Virus record (IMG/VR): IMGVR_UViG_3300037245_002365
DNA length: 64,000 bases
Origin: a virus
Lineage: Duplodnaviria > Heunggongvirae > Uroviricota > Caudoviricetes
Strand: one strand, 5' to 3'
The notes under the pieces were generated by a model that was not told the origin of the DNA, did not search any database, and was given only the letters and a program-made list of their open reading frames with translations. This document shows, in pieces, positions 9,960 through 19,389 of the stretch (within the stretch, counting starts at the first letter, position 1; each line of letters starts with the position of its first letter). A program made the position numbers and the translations under genes.

Positions 9960-10130
9960 CAAAATCAGACCAAACTGATCACTTTTTGGCCGAAACTGAA
10001 CGTTTTTCGTCCAATTCTGAACAAAACTGAACGAAAAATAACGAGTTTGATTTGGAAAATAGTTTGAAACTATTTAATTGTGAAGGGTTGATGAAGATTG
10101 TGTGAAGATTCGATGAAGAACACAAAACAC
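9960..10130. repeat. Direct repeats AAACTGAACG (x3) and GATGAAGA(TT) (x3), iteron-like
   Basis: Seen directly: cgaaactgaacg, caaaactgaacg, ttctgaac, then gatgaagattg, gtgaagattc, gatgaagaac. Confidence 0.6.
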
Positions 10131-10169
10131 TCATGTATACACAGACTATACAAAAATAGATAGGTTAGT

Positions 10170-10550
10170 ATGGAATTAATTAAAATAGAACAACAGGTAG
10201 AAACAATAAAAAGACTATATAAAGCAGGTAATGCATTTGGACCAGTTAACCCAAATCACCCAAATCAGCTCTCTTTAAAAGATCTACGATCTCTTGAACC
10301 TGATACTGAGCTACTATTTCATAAATTTTATGTACATCCTACTCCATTTAAACTAAGAACGGAAAAAAGACAATTTATTAAACTAGAGTTAACTCCCAAA
10401 TACAGCGCTACAACACCATATACTTGGGCTATTATTAGTAGAGATGTTAATGGTGATATTAACTCTCATCCATTAAGAGCTTATTGTGCAGTAAAATGTG
10501 TTAGAAATAGAGGTTGGAGACAGGATGCTTGGATTGCACTTAATATATAA
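10170..10550 (+). CDS. Tandem paralog family member (array B)
   Basis: NQLSLKDLRSLEPDTELLFH ... RQFIKLEL ... GWRQDAWIALNI. This subfamily is shared with the 10855 ORF. Confidence 0.75.
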   Translation: MELIKIEQQVETIKRLYKAGNAFGPVNPNHPNQLSLKDLRSLEPDTELLFHKFYVHPTPFKLRTEKRQFIKLELTPKYSATTPYTWAIISRDVNGDINSHPLRAYCAVKCVRNRGWRQDAWIALNI

Positions 10551-10567
10551 TAAGGCGAATTTAAATA

Positions 10568-10858
10568 ATGAACTATTATCATTTACTATATCTTTACGAC
10601 ACTTGGGCAAAGCTGGTTGGCAATATCGAGATCGATATTACCAATCATTACCGACACAGCCGATACTCAAAGGACCACTATGGTGAAAGAGTTACAGTGT
10701 GTCCACCCATATTTACTGACAAATTTGTTATGTCTCTAATACCCGTCTGGTATGCGAGAAAGTTCTTAAGGAGTGTCATGTATAAATATAACACACCAAA
10801 TATCACTAGAGAACATTTAATAATAGAGTTTTTTGAAATACATAGAAGGGTAACATGA
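10568..10858 (+). CDS. Hypothetical protein
   Basis: 96-aa ORF between two family members. Weak. Confidence 0.4.
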   Translation: MNYYHLLYLYDTWAKLVGNIEIDITNHYRHSRYSKDHYGERVTVCPPIFTDKFVMSLIPVWYARKFLRSVMYKYNTPNITREHLIIEFFEIHRRVT

Positions 10859-11229
10859 CTCATATAGAAGAACGTGCAAGAAAAGTCCATAACATACGCT
10901 TTAAATGGAATTCGATTAGACCAAATTATCCTAATCAAGTTTTTCTTAAAGATTTAAGATTAATGAGAGAAAATACAGAATTACTTTTTTACAGGGTTGA
11001 ACTAGTAGGGGCGTTTGAGCTAGAAATAAAAAAGAGACAATTTATTAAAATACAGTTATCTGGTAAATTTATCACAGATACTGGAAGAGATGTCTGGACT
11101 ATTACTACCAGAGATTTAGATGGACTAGAGCATGAGGACGCATTACGAGCTAACGGAGCTGTAAGAAGCCGTAGACATAAAGGTTGGCGACAAGATAAAT
11201 GGATTGCACTTAATACTGAAATAGTCTAA
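10855..11229 (+). CDS. Tandem paralog family member (array B)
   Basis: NQVFLKDLRLMRENTELLFY ... KRQFIKIQL ... GWRQDKWIALNTE. Confidence 0.75.
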   Translation: MTHIEERARKVHNIRFKWNSIRPNYPNQVFLKDLRLMRENTELLFYRVELVGAFELEIKKRQFIKIQLSGKFITDTGRDVWTITTRDLDGLEHEDALRANGAVRSRRHKGWRQDKWIALNTEIV

Positions 11230-11282
11230 AGAGGTATGTGATAATATGACACCGAAAGAACAGAAAGAAGGAGAACAGAAAT

Positions 11283-11522
11283 ATGTGGTTAAGTTTTAAT
11301 AAAGACGAGGAATTATATGAGTTATGGGAAAAAGAGCCCATCGTTGCTACATGCACAACTGCTAGATACTTTTATCTGCCAAACGATATAGAGATAGCTC
11401 GTTTCACATATAATGAGGTAGATGATGATGAATTGAAGTTATGCCAGTTCATGTCATTCCCTGAAATGGAAGATATGACTAGCGTTCAACTGGACAGTAT
11501 TATATTTAAAGCAAGAGAATAG
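11283..11522 (+). CDS. Hypothetical acidic protein
   Basis: 79-aa ORF. Confidence 0.5.
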   Translation: MWLSFNKDEELYELWEKEPIVATCTTARYFYLPNDIEIARFTYNEVDDDELKLCQFMSFPEMEDMTSVQLDSIIFKARE

Positions 11523-11540
11523 CATGGAAAGATTTATGAA

Positions 11541-11984
11541 ATGATTTTACATCCACTATGCCTAGATAAGAGTGGCAAGAGAGTACTAACAATACTTCTC
11601 AGAAGCTATTCTAATAATGAAAAGATGCGTGATATTCATGCAGTGTTTGCACCTACAGGAATTGCTTTAAACAAACATATTCAAGAAACTATGACTGAGC
11701 TTATGTCCTCCAACCAAGAACGGGATAATGCCGTTAAAGAGCTGAAGACTCTCAAGGACGCAAGCGGACAAGACTGGATAAAAGTGGAAGATAGACTTCC
11801 ACAAAAAGATGATACCTTATTTGGTATAGAATACAGAGTATTCAGTGAAACCAGTGACGAAGTAACTCTAGAACGTCACGCTCGTTATAAGAATGGTAAA
11901 TGGTATGAAGATGGTTCTGATGAACCGTTGGAAGAAATTACTCATTGGCAAGTAATCATAGTACCGGAGAGGTTAAACAAATGA
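11541..11984 (+). CDS. Hypothetical protein
   Basis: 147-aa ORF. Confidence 0.55.
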   Translation: MILHPLCLDKSGKRVLTILLRSYSNNEKMRDIHAVFAPTGIALNKHIQETMTELMSSNQERDNAVKELKTLKDASGQDWIKVEDRLPQKDDTLFGIEYRVFSETSDEVTLERHARYKNGKWYEDGSDEPLEEITHWQVIIVPERLNK

Positions 11985-12352
11985 AGTTAACAAACGTGGA
12001 TTGGCTAGAAGACGGCAGTCATCAAAATGATTATAGACCTATAAAACCTACTCATCTCAATCAATTATTTCTTAAAAACCTCCGAAAGTTAGAACCTTTA
12101 ACAGAGTTAATACTTCATCGAGGCAGAGAAAACACCATTGAGATACAATTACAGTATATTAAGTTTCATAAGTATAAAAGCCTTAATGACATTGTTCCGG
12201 TAAATCGTGCCTATATGTGTTATATACAAAAAGATGGCCGAAAAGTGGAGACATTATGTCCCACACTAGGTTTAGTACCATTTTCCAAAAAATATATATT
12301 AGGTATAGCAGGATTTTGGATACACCAAACTTGGTTGACATTAAAGGAGTAA
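11981..12352 (+). CDS. Tandem paralog family member (start moved to the ATG after GGAG)
   Basis: NQLFLKNLRKLEPLTELILH ... WLTLKE. Confidence 0.7.
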   Translation: MKLTNVDWLEDGSHQNDYRPIKPTHLNQLFLKNLRKLEPLTELILHRGRENTIEIQLQYIKFHKYKSLNDIVPVNRAYMCYIQKDGRKVETLCPTLGLVPFSKKYILGIAGFWIHQTWLTLKE

Positions 12353-12355
12353 CAA

Positions 12356-12538
12356 ATGTATTGGGGAATAATAAGAGAAGTATTATTTGGATTGTTTATT
12401 ATAGCTGCTTTGGTGATAGAAATGCTCATAACTGACAGCATAGGATTAATATTAATCACAGGTATTGGTTGTTTCTTGTGTCTAGGATATACAATTGAAG
12501 CCATAAAAGGCGAAATAATATATAAGGATTTAAAATGA
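12356..12538 (+). CDS. Small membrane protein
   Basis: 60 aa with two hydrophobic helices. Confidence 0.5.
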   Translation: MYWGIIREVLFGLFIIAALVIEMLITDSIGLILITGIGCFLCLGYTIEAIKGEIIYKDLK

Positions 12539-12710
12539 CTAAAGCACCTAAAATTTCTGATCCGCTAATAAATACTTTATTAAAGCAAAAAGATGTACAC
12601 AAACAAAGAGTGAAAAACCTAAAATTTCAGGTTTATAAATTAAATCAACATATTAGAAATGTAGATAAAGAACTAGCCCGGTTATTTAAAATTAAGAAAA
12701 GTAAAATACA

Positions 12711-12911
12711 ATGAGTAAAGATTTATTAACACTGATCGATGAAGTCAATGAGTGCATGTCCAGTATGACACCTGTCGAGGTAGCTGAAGTTGAGTGCAAA
12801 ATATGGAAAGTAACACCATCAGTACCAGCAGATGAAACACCTGAACAAGACAGGCGCATTCGTATAGCTGTTGCACTCAAACATGTAGCATATGCCACTA
12901 AAAAGGATTAA
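12711..12911 (+). CDS. Hypothetical protein
   Basis: 66-aa ORF. Confidence 0.5.
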   Translation: MSKDLLTLIDEVNECMSSMTPVEVAEVECKIWKVTPSVPADETPEQDRRIRIAVALKHVAYATKKD

Positions 12912-12913
12912 AA

Positions 12914-13153
12914 ATGAAGTATAGAATATTACCAGAAGACTTTGATCCAGAAACATCTGCACCATTAGAGGTAACAGACCCGGATATCTTATATCTAAGA
13001 TTACGTGATATGGGCGGTAGCCTACATGTAGATGTTTATAATGCTGATGGCTCTTACAAAGGTAAAGCTTTTTGGCTTATGGATAATAATGAAGGTATTT
13101 TCGCTAGCGATGCTTATTTATGTCGATGTGGGCTTCCATTAAGGATAGAATAA
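12914..13153 (+). CDS. Hypothetical protein
   Basis: 79-aa ORF. Confidence 0.5.
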   Translation: MKYRILPEDFDPETSAPLEVTDPDILYLRLRDMGGSLHVDVYNADGSYKGKAFWLMDNNEGIFASDAYLCRCGLPLRIE

Positions 13154-13279
13154 AATGTATACAACAATAGCAATAATGGCTTGCCTAACCATATTAGGCT
13201 TAGGAGGCACATATCTTACCAAAGAGGGTGGGTTCGTAGGTTGGGCTATGTTTATTCTTATTGTATATTGGATATTCTA

Positions 13280-13492
13280 ATGACACAATTAGCCTTTCCA
13301 AAATTCCCAACAGTTAGCAACATACCTGTTATTAACCTTTGGCCAATGGAGACTGAGTGTACTTTATGTAATATACATCTCTGGCCACCAAGATATGCCC
13401 TTCCAATGTTTGAGGGAAAAGTTATTGAATCAGGAAACACATTCTTTAATGTATGTGAAGACTGCTATGATAAGCATGAGGATATAAAATGA
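13280..13492 (+). CDS. Cys-rich small protein (probable zinc-binding)
   Basis: CTLCN...CEDCYDKH. Start moved to the internal ATG that follows a small membrane ORF. Confidence 0.45.
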   Translation: MTQLAFPKFPTVSNIPVINLWPMETECTLCNIHLWPPRYALPMFEGKVIESGNTFFNVCEDCYDKHEDIK

Positions 13493-13707
13493 GCAGAAAC
13501 CCAAAAGTTAAGAAAAGTGCAGCTACCGAGCAACGCTTAGAAGACTTAGAGATTAAGAAACAGCAGCTAATGAAGATGATATCAGAGAAGCAAAAAGAGT
13601 TAAACAAACTCAACGATGAATTTAGAGAATGTTATACTGAGATGGATAAGCTAGAAGGCTGGGAACCTTGGGAACTTGAAATGCCCACTTATAGGGATAG
13701 GAACTAA
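13489..13707 (+). CDS. Coiled-coil small protein
   Basis: 72 aa, heptad-rich. Confidence 0.5.
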   Translation: MSRNPKVKKSAATEQRLEDLEIKKQQLMKMISEKQKELNKLNDEFRECYTEMDKLEGWEPWELEMPTYRDRN

Positions 13708-14072
13708 TGAGCAGACCACATAAAACCATGGGAAATTACTCAACCAAGAAACCTGACCATGTAGGTCAGCTTTTTCTTAAGGACTTAAAAAAGCTCCCCT
13801 ACAATACAGAGTTAATAGCTCATAATCCAGACGAACTTGTTAACATACAGTTAATAGGAATGAGATATGAGCCTTATGATGAAGTGGTATTTGGTGTTGA
13901 AGCACCTAAAAGCTCTAATAATTGGTTCATACACTTCAGACGCTTAGACGGAACAGAAGGCGCTAGATTGTCTTACTCTGCAGGGTTATCACGAGCAGGT
14001 AAGAACGCGAATGGCACTCTTGTTGGCAAATGGATACAAGACAGATGGATAACATTGAAGGATAACACATGA
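13707..14072 (+). CDS. Tandem paralog family member
   Basis: GQLFLKDLKKLPYNTELIAH ... WITLKD. Confidence 0.75.
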   Translation: MSRPHKTMGNYSTKKPDHVGQLFLKDLKKLPYNTELIAHNPDELVNIQLIGMRYEPYDEVVFGVEAPKSSNNWFIHFRRLDGTEGARLSYSAGLSRAGKNANGTLVGKWIQDRWITLKDNT

Positions 14073-14389
14073 GTATATTAGAACGTCAAAGATCCATTTA
14101 TAAAACTAGTAAACCAAATCATCCAGGCCAACTAACCCTGAAAGATATAAAAAATCTTCCATATAACACTGAATTAACATGGAATCATCCATCAGGTGTT
14201 ACACATATACAATTTATGGAAATTGAATTTGTACAAAAACATGGTTGGAAAGTGTACTTTAGGTATGAAGATGGTAAAAGAGACAGCAGAAAACTGGACT
14301 CTCTTGGAGCAGCACGAGTACTTAAAAAAGGATCAAGCAGTCGTGCAGGCAAATACTTACAAAACGGTTGGATAACATTGAAGGAATAA
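14069..14389 (+). CDS. Tandem paralog family member
   Basis: GQLTLKDIKNLPYNTELTW ... WITLKE. The upstream TLKD codons (AAGGAT) supply its RBS. Confidence 0.75.
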   Translation: MSILERQRSIYKTSKPNHPGQLTLKDIKNLPYNTELTWNHPSGVTHIQFMEIEFVQKHGWKVYFRYEDGKRDSRKLDSLGAARVLKKGSSSRAGKYLQNGWITLKE

Positions 14390-14393
14390 AAAT

Positions 14394-15008
14394 ATGAAAT
14401 GGTTTATAGTATCAATAAACTCAATGGACGTGCGTGAAGGTAAAGCAGACATGCATATTACCAACTACAAAGTAGTTCCGAAGGAACTATTAGTAAAAAG
14501 ATTTGACTCAGAAATTTCAGATTTGCGATGGATAGAAACAAAAGATTATACAGCAGGCGGTGGCCAAGCATCTGGAACTATGATAATGTCCGATGGGAAA
14601 GAATTTATCATCACGTATAACTGGAAGGGCGTAAGTCAGCCTGAAAATTTCCGTGCTCATAAAACCTATACGATATTGGTTAAGGGTGAGGGAATTGAAG
14701 AATATATGAAGAAGTATATTAAACAGATTATTGCCGATGAAGGTAAACCCGAAACTGGTATTGTATTTGATTTTGCAAAAGAGATAGAACCGTGGAGATG
14801 TTTAGAGCACCCCTTCAGGACTTTTTGGCGTGGAATAAGAAATGACTTCAATACGTTAATATGGGGATATTCTTACCGATTTAAACACTATTGGCGAGGT
14901 ACTTTACCGAATGAGAGTTATGTGCGGTCGCTAGGAATGAAAACATATTCCTTTGTCATAGCGCGAATGAAAAGAAAGCAATCAGCCAAAGAAGGAGAAT
15001 TATCATGA
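14394..15008 (+). CDS. Hypothetical protein (204 aa)
   Basis: Follows the TLKE-encoded AAGGAA RBS. Confidence 0.6.
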   Translation: MKWFIVSINSMDVREGKADMHITNYKVVPKELLVKRFDSEISDLRWIETKDYTAGGGQASGTMIMSDGKEFIITYNWKGVSQPENFRAHKTYTILVKGEGIEEYMKKYIKQIIADEGKPETGIVFDFAKEIEPWRCLEHPFRTFWRGIRNDFNTLIWGYSYRFKHYWRGTLPNESYVRSLGMKTYSFVIARMKRKQSAKEGELS

Positions 15009-15190
15009 GAAGAAGACATAGCATACGGGACAGAAACGCTTACACACCAACACATGAACTAGTAATGGGCCCACCTTCCACAAGATATTGTGATAAATGT
15101 GGGGAACCGCTGCCATGGGGACCGAATGTAAAGAAACATGACTGCTCATCTACATTCTTAAAAAGACTTATGAAAAACTTTAAGAGGTAA
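15005..15190 (+). CDS. Small zinc-ribbon protein
   Basis: CDKCGEPLPWG ... HDC. Confidence 0.45.
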   Translation: MRRRHSIRDRNAYTPTHELVMGPPSTRYCDKCGEPLPWGPNVKKHDCSSTFLKRLMKNFKR

Positions 15191-15191
15191 C

Positions 15192-15383
15192 ATGAAGCAC
15201 CATAAAACAAGGATATTACAAATTACGACTCAAGTAATTAAAGGGGTACAAGAAGAAACAATCTCTAAATTTCTTGATGAGGAATCTAAAGATGGTTGGA
15301 ACCTCATTGGGACTACTGCTGTATATCTACCCTTTGCATTAAAAAATGTATATACTTTTATGTTTAGTAAGGAAGCAATATAA
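15192..15383 (+). CDS. Hypothetical small protein
   Basis: ORF in the gene-dense plus-strand block. Confidence 0.45.
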   Translation: MKHHKTRILQITTQVIKGVQEETISKFLDEESKDGWNLIGTTAVYLPFALKNVYTFMFSKEAI

Positions 15384-15598
15384 TGAATGAAAAAACAGTA
15401 GGCTGCTTTGTTAGAACCCCTGATGGCGTTGGCACACTGCGCATGATTGAAGGACATCCTTACAGAATTGGTTGGGTAGAACTTGATTGTGGTGCTGTAG
15501 GCGGCTACAGCTATTACACTGTTTACAACGAACAAACTAAAGCTTCCGAGCTTCTTATTCTAAACCCATATAATTTTGAAACTTTGGAGGCAGCATAA
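15383..15598 (+). CDS. Hypothetical small protein
   Basis: ORF coupled to its neighbours. Confidence 0.45.
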   Translation: MNEKTVGCFVRTPDGVGTLRMIEGHPYRIGWVELDCGAVGGYSYYTVYNEQTKASELLILNPYNFETLEAA

Positions 15599-15601
15599 CA
15601 G

Positions 15602-15868
15602 ATGAATATTACAGATAAGTTACAATTAAGCATATTAGGAGTGTTGTACGATTTGGCACCTCAAGGGTCGACAAATAGTGACACATCAATAGGAAGAACA
15701 CCTAGAACTCGGGTTGTCAAAGAAATATGTAAAGTATTAGAAAATGAGGAACAACAACGCATTGATGAGCTCGAAGCTGTTTTCAGAGAGATACGTGAGA
15801 CACATCAGTTTTACTTAGAACACGATCAAGCAATACTTGCAAAAATTAATGAGTTAGGAATAAAATGA
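15602..15868 (+). CDS. Hypothetical protein
   Basis: 88-aa ORF. Confidence 0.5.
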   Translation: MNITDKLQLSILGVLYDLAPQGSTNSDTSIGRTPRTRVVKEICKVLENEEQQRIDELEAVFREIRETHQFYLEHDQAILAKINELGIK

Positions 15869-16227
15869 CTAGACTAACACCACAACAGCAAAAGATTAAA
15901 GAACAAGAAAATGAAGTACGTATAGCTGAACTAGACTTAAAGAGCGCTAAAAATACCGTATGGTATGCAGAACGAAGGGTTGAAGAACAAAAAGAAAAAC
16001 TAAAAGTAATGAAAGCAGAAGAGCTGACTGAAGATGAAGAACTATTCATCCTTAGGCACTATGATGGCTTTGATAACATTTGGATTGATGTCACTTCACC
16101 AGCCTCAAAGAAAGCCACACAATTTGAGTATAATCAGCATACTGATAATGGCTCTAAAAATACCTGCTATGAAGATATAGACTATTATAAAATCTTCCCG
16201 GAAAACACTAGAATGCTTAGAAGTTAA
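15865..16227 (+). CDS. Hypothetical coiled-coil protein
   Basis: 120-aa ORF. Confidence 0.5.
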   Translation: MTRLTPQQQKIKEQENEVRIAELDLKSAKNTVWYAERRVEEQKEKLKVMKAEELTEDEELFILRHYDGFDNIWIDVTSPASKKATQFEYNQHTDNGSKNTCYEDIDYYKIFPENTRMLRS

Positions 16228-16239
16228 AGGAACTAAATT

Positions 16240-16509
16240 ATGAATGAAACAAAACCCTCAGCGAACACGTTAAAGACGTTTGCTGATGCTCTAAAAGATA
16301 TTACCACTTACAGAGAGTCTGATGGTTATTATAAATTATCAAATCGACTAATTTTTAAGATTCCTTCAGCTCCTGAAGAAGAAGGGTTTTACCACTTAAT
16401 TGCATTGGCTGAAAATGGCGGAACAACACAAGTTATTGTGCTAACAGACATAGAAGCAAGCACTTTACTTAAACTACTGCTATTAACTGATTCAATATGT
16501 TCTATATAA
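16240..16509 (+). CDS. Hypothetical protein
   Basis: 89-aa ORF. Confidence 0.5.
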   Translation: MNETKPSANTLKTFADALKDITTYRESDGYYKLSNRLIFKIPSAPEEEGFYHLIALAENGGTTQVIVLTDIEASTLLKLLLLTDSICSI

Positions 16510-16694
16510 ATGATAATTACATAAGAGGCCTCAAAGACGACAAAGAGTTTTTACGTAAACAGTTGTTTGACCTAATAACTAAGATGAATAGTACATTATC
16601 TGCCATCAGAAAGAATAATAAAGAAATAGGTAGACAAGAGAAAATAAGAACTGAACACCTGAAGGAAGAGTATGGAAGAGCGCCGAACAAATAA
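16497..16694 (+). CDS. Hypothetical small basic protein
   Basis: 65-aa ORF. Confidence 0.4.
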   Translation: MFYINDNYIRGLKDDKEFLRKQLFDLITKMNSTLSAIRKNNKEIGRQEKIRTEHLKEEYGRAPNK

Positions 16695-16916
16695 AGAATG
16701 AATAACATTTAGTTTAGTAGAGCACAATCCATGTTTTATGCTACTCGACACACATGCATTTCACCCATTTGAATTAAAACGTAAAACCGATTACTTAACT
16801 ATTAAAGATGACCCAATGTATGCTGAATGGCGATTCCGTGTTGATGGTTATTATAAAGGTGAATATTACTCAGACTTTGAGATATTAGGACATTATTAAA
16901 AATACAGGAGAAAGAA

Positions 16917-17231
16917 ATGGAAGAACGAAGAGTTAACATTATGACACATGATCAAAAAATCAAAAATGCTATATGTCCTACATGTGTTACATCTAAACCT
17001 ATGACAAAAATCACAGGAGAAACCCACGGGGGTTTCTACTGTTTTGAGTGTGGTGTACAATATCGTCCACCAGTATGTGAGTCACAAGACATGTCTGGAC
17101 AACGTTGGTTTAGAACTGATATAGTTGGTGGACCTAGGTGGGTAAAGAAACAAAATATAGAGATAACCACACTCCAATTACAAATGAAAGTTGCACTAGC
17201 AGCTTACATGGATTTAAAATACGGTAAATAA
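16917..17231 (+). CDS. Zinc-ribbon protein
   Basis: CPTCV...CFECG. GGAG RBS. Confidence 0.55.
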   Translation: MEERRVNIMTHDQKIKNAICPTCVTSKPMTKITGETHGGFYCFECGVQYRPPVCESQDMSGQRWFRTDIVGGPRWVKKQNIEITTLQLQMKVALAAYMDLKYGK

Positions 17232-17232
17232 T

Positions 17233-17601
17233 ATGTTTAGATGGAATAGAGAAAAAAATGAACAAGTAATCTCCATGAACTTTGGCTTCATACCAGAAGA
17301 CCCGTTCAAACTGCTGCGCAGTTTGTCCAAGTCAGGACGCCGTAGATTTAGAGACAGACATCATTATCGGTTCTCTACGATATGGAACATGTCTAATGAA
17401 GAACTCAAAGACGTTAAGCCCAGAGTATCCATTTGGAAGCACGGAGAAGAGGCTTACACCATTCAAGTACGTGTGATAGAAAAGAATGAAGCGAACGCTT
17501 TATTGGCAGCTGAAATAATATATCGAAATTGGTATAAGAACACTGAAACTAAAGAAGCATTCCATACTGTTAAGAAGGAATTCGTGGAGATTATAATATG
17601 A
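17233..17601 (+). CDS. Hypothetical protein
   Basis: 122-aa ORF. Confidence 0.55.
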   Translation: MFRWNREKNEQVISMNFGFIPEDPFKLLRSLSKSGRRRFRDRHHYRFSTIWNMSNEELKDVKPRVSIWKHGEEAYTIQVRVIEKNEANALLAAEIIYRNWYKNTETKEAFHTVKKEFVEIII

Positions 17602-17930
17602 CAACTTACCCACATCCCATATGTTTTGGTACAGGTGTACTGCCTAACATGCCCTCAGACAATAATATGTGTTGGGAATGTTATGGTAGTGGACAGGTCG
17701 AGGATCGAAGGTTCTCACCCAGGCATCAGAGAAGACAGGCAGAACCTGTAGAAGTAATTCAATTAAGTATTAAAAATCGTGGAATTTGGAAACCGTGGTT
17801 ACCATGTTTTAAAACAAAAGATGGATTTATCCGTGTTCAGCAACGTGAAGCATTACTTCAACGCAGAACTGAAGACATGGATGCTCGAATTGAAATAGTA
17901 ATGGAATTAGTAGATGTAGATAAGGAATAA
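17598..17930 (+). CDS. Small protein with a DnaJ-type CxxCxGxG zinc finger
   Basis: CFGTGV...CWECYGSGQ. Confidence 0.5.
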   Translation: MTTYPHPICFGTGVLPNMPSDNNMCWECYGSGQVEDRRFSPRHQRRQAEPVEVIQLSIKNRGIWKPWLPCFKTKDGFIRVQQREALLQRRTEDMDARIEIVMELVDVDKE

Positions 17931-17943
17931 TAGGAAAAATATA

Positions 17944-18435
17944 ATGAATCTTTCCGAAGAAACAATAATTGAGAAAATCGTAGAACGGCTTTCAGAGTCA
18001 GAATCTATGGACTTTCCAGACCTATCTGAGAGAAGAATAATAGAATATAGTAAATGGCTCGGTGAACCAGTATTAACATACTTAAATATACCAGTACTAA
18101 ACGCTACAAAAGAAGTTAATATGTTACGCGGTTTGCTTACATATCGTAGCCATCATGAGATGTTTATCTTCGTACACGAAAAAGGTATACTTAGAACAGA
18201 GGCTATAATTGGCCCTGACACACTAATCTCCTTTAGAAATATACACTCTGCAGGTGATTCAGATAACTACCGCTATGAGTTTACATTACATACTAAAGAG
18301 CTTGACGTAATCAACACGTTCACTATAAAAGGTATAAATGAAGCTGAAGAGATGGGGAAGAGATTAGTAGCAATACGTACACAAATACGTAAGAATGAAA
18401 TAGAAGCCGGCAGAAGAAGTAGCTGGTGCATATAA
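17944..18435 (+). CDS. Hypothetical protein
   Basis: 163-aa ORF. Confidence 0.55.
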   Translation: MNLSEETIIEKIVERLSESESMDFPDLSERRIIEYSKWLGEPVLTYLNIPVLNATKEVNMLRGLLTYRSHHEMFIFVHEKGILRTEAIIGPDTLISFRNIHSAGDSDNYRYEFTLHTKELDVINTFTIKGINEAEEMGKRLVAIRTQIRKNEIEAGRRSSWCI

Positions 18436-18495
18436 AGATTAAGCTATCCGCTTAATGTTGACGTTTCGAAACACACAACAACAAAGGAATACTCG

Positions 18496-19389
18496 ATGAG
18501 TAACGACAAGAACAACACCCTCAGCCAACGGTTGAGTAATGGATTAAGTGCCTTTGCACATATCCTATTTAATAAGGGCGCTGAGGTAAGCGTCAAAAAA
18601 CAGGGCGAACCGGTCCAACGATTTGGCCACCCATTAACAGTTAATGGACTCCCAATGAGCTCGGACTTGCTCCCAAATGAGCCGATCCAGAAATTGCTCA
18701 CAGAACCCATTTTATATGACAGACCAACCCATAGGGCGTTGAGCTCTGGCTTCAATATGAAGAATTTCTTCAGTGTTATGAAAGAATATTACAAGTTAGT
18801 ATCCAAACGTACCGAGAGTCGTGGTGGAAGCCGTGATGTCTATGTGTATGCGTTTAGGTCTATGCTTGTGGAAGTGGCTGTTGGATCAAGTAGAGAAGAC
18901 AACGTTTATTCAAACGTTTTTATTTGTAATGATCCAAACACCGATGCAGAATTAAGCACATCAATTCTAGAGCGCATGGCTGGCATGCCGGAATACAAAG
19001 ATAAAACGCTTGACTTTACCGGTTATACCCATGTATGGTCAGATGGTGATTGGACCGAAGTAGGTCCATGGTCCAGATTGATCAGTGAATATTTTTACGA
19101 GCTTGATGACTTACTGCAAGAGCAGTTAGACATGAAAGAAGCTGCAGAAGAAGCGGATAGACTCCGCAAAATTCAGGACCGCGAGGACTCCCTGAAACCA
19201 AGATTAGATAAATGGCAGACAGCGCTTGAAGAGCGTTATCCTCAGCTAGGACCTGCAGCTGCCTCTGCCCAAGACGGGCCTACTCCAGTAGACGACTTCA
19301 AAACTACCGCCGCTACAAAACCAGCAGCAAAGCCAACGGCTAAAACTACAACAGTTAAGCCCAGAAGCAAAAGCACAAAAACTGGTTAA
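18496..19389 (+). CDS. Hypothetical protein with a Lys/Thr/Pro-rich basic tail. Its region is noticeably GC-richer than the surroundings.
   Basis: 297-aa ORF. C-terminus TTAATKPAAKPTAKTTTVKPRSKSTKTG. Confidence 0.6.
   Translation: MSNDKNNTLSQRLSNGLSAFAHILFNKGAEVSVKKQGEPVQRFGHPLTVNGLPMSSDLLPNEPIQKLLTEPILYDRPTHRALSSGFNMKNFFSVMKEYYKLVSKRTESRGGSRDVYVYAFRSMLVEVAVGSSREDNVYSNVFICNDPNTDAELSTSILERMAGMPEYKDKTLDFTGYTHVWSDGDWTEVGPWSRLISEYFYELDDLLQEQLDMKEAAEEADRLRKIQDREDSLKPRLDKWQTALEERYPQLGPAAASAQDGPTPVDDFKTTAATKPAAKPTAKTTTVKPRSKSTKTG

Noticed and set aside
18444-18755. Minus-strand ORF antisense to 18496..19389
   Set aside because: The plus-strand ORF is three times longer and has an RBS. All neighbouring genes are on the plus strand.
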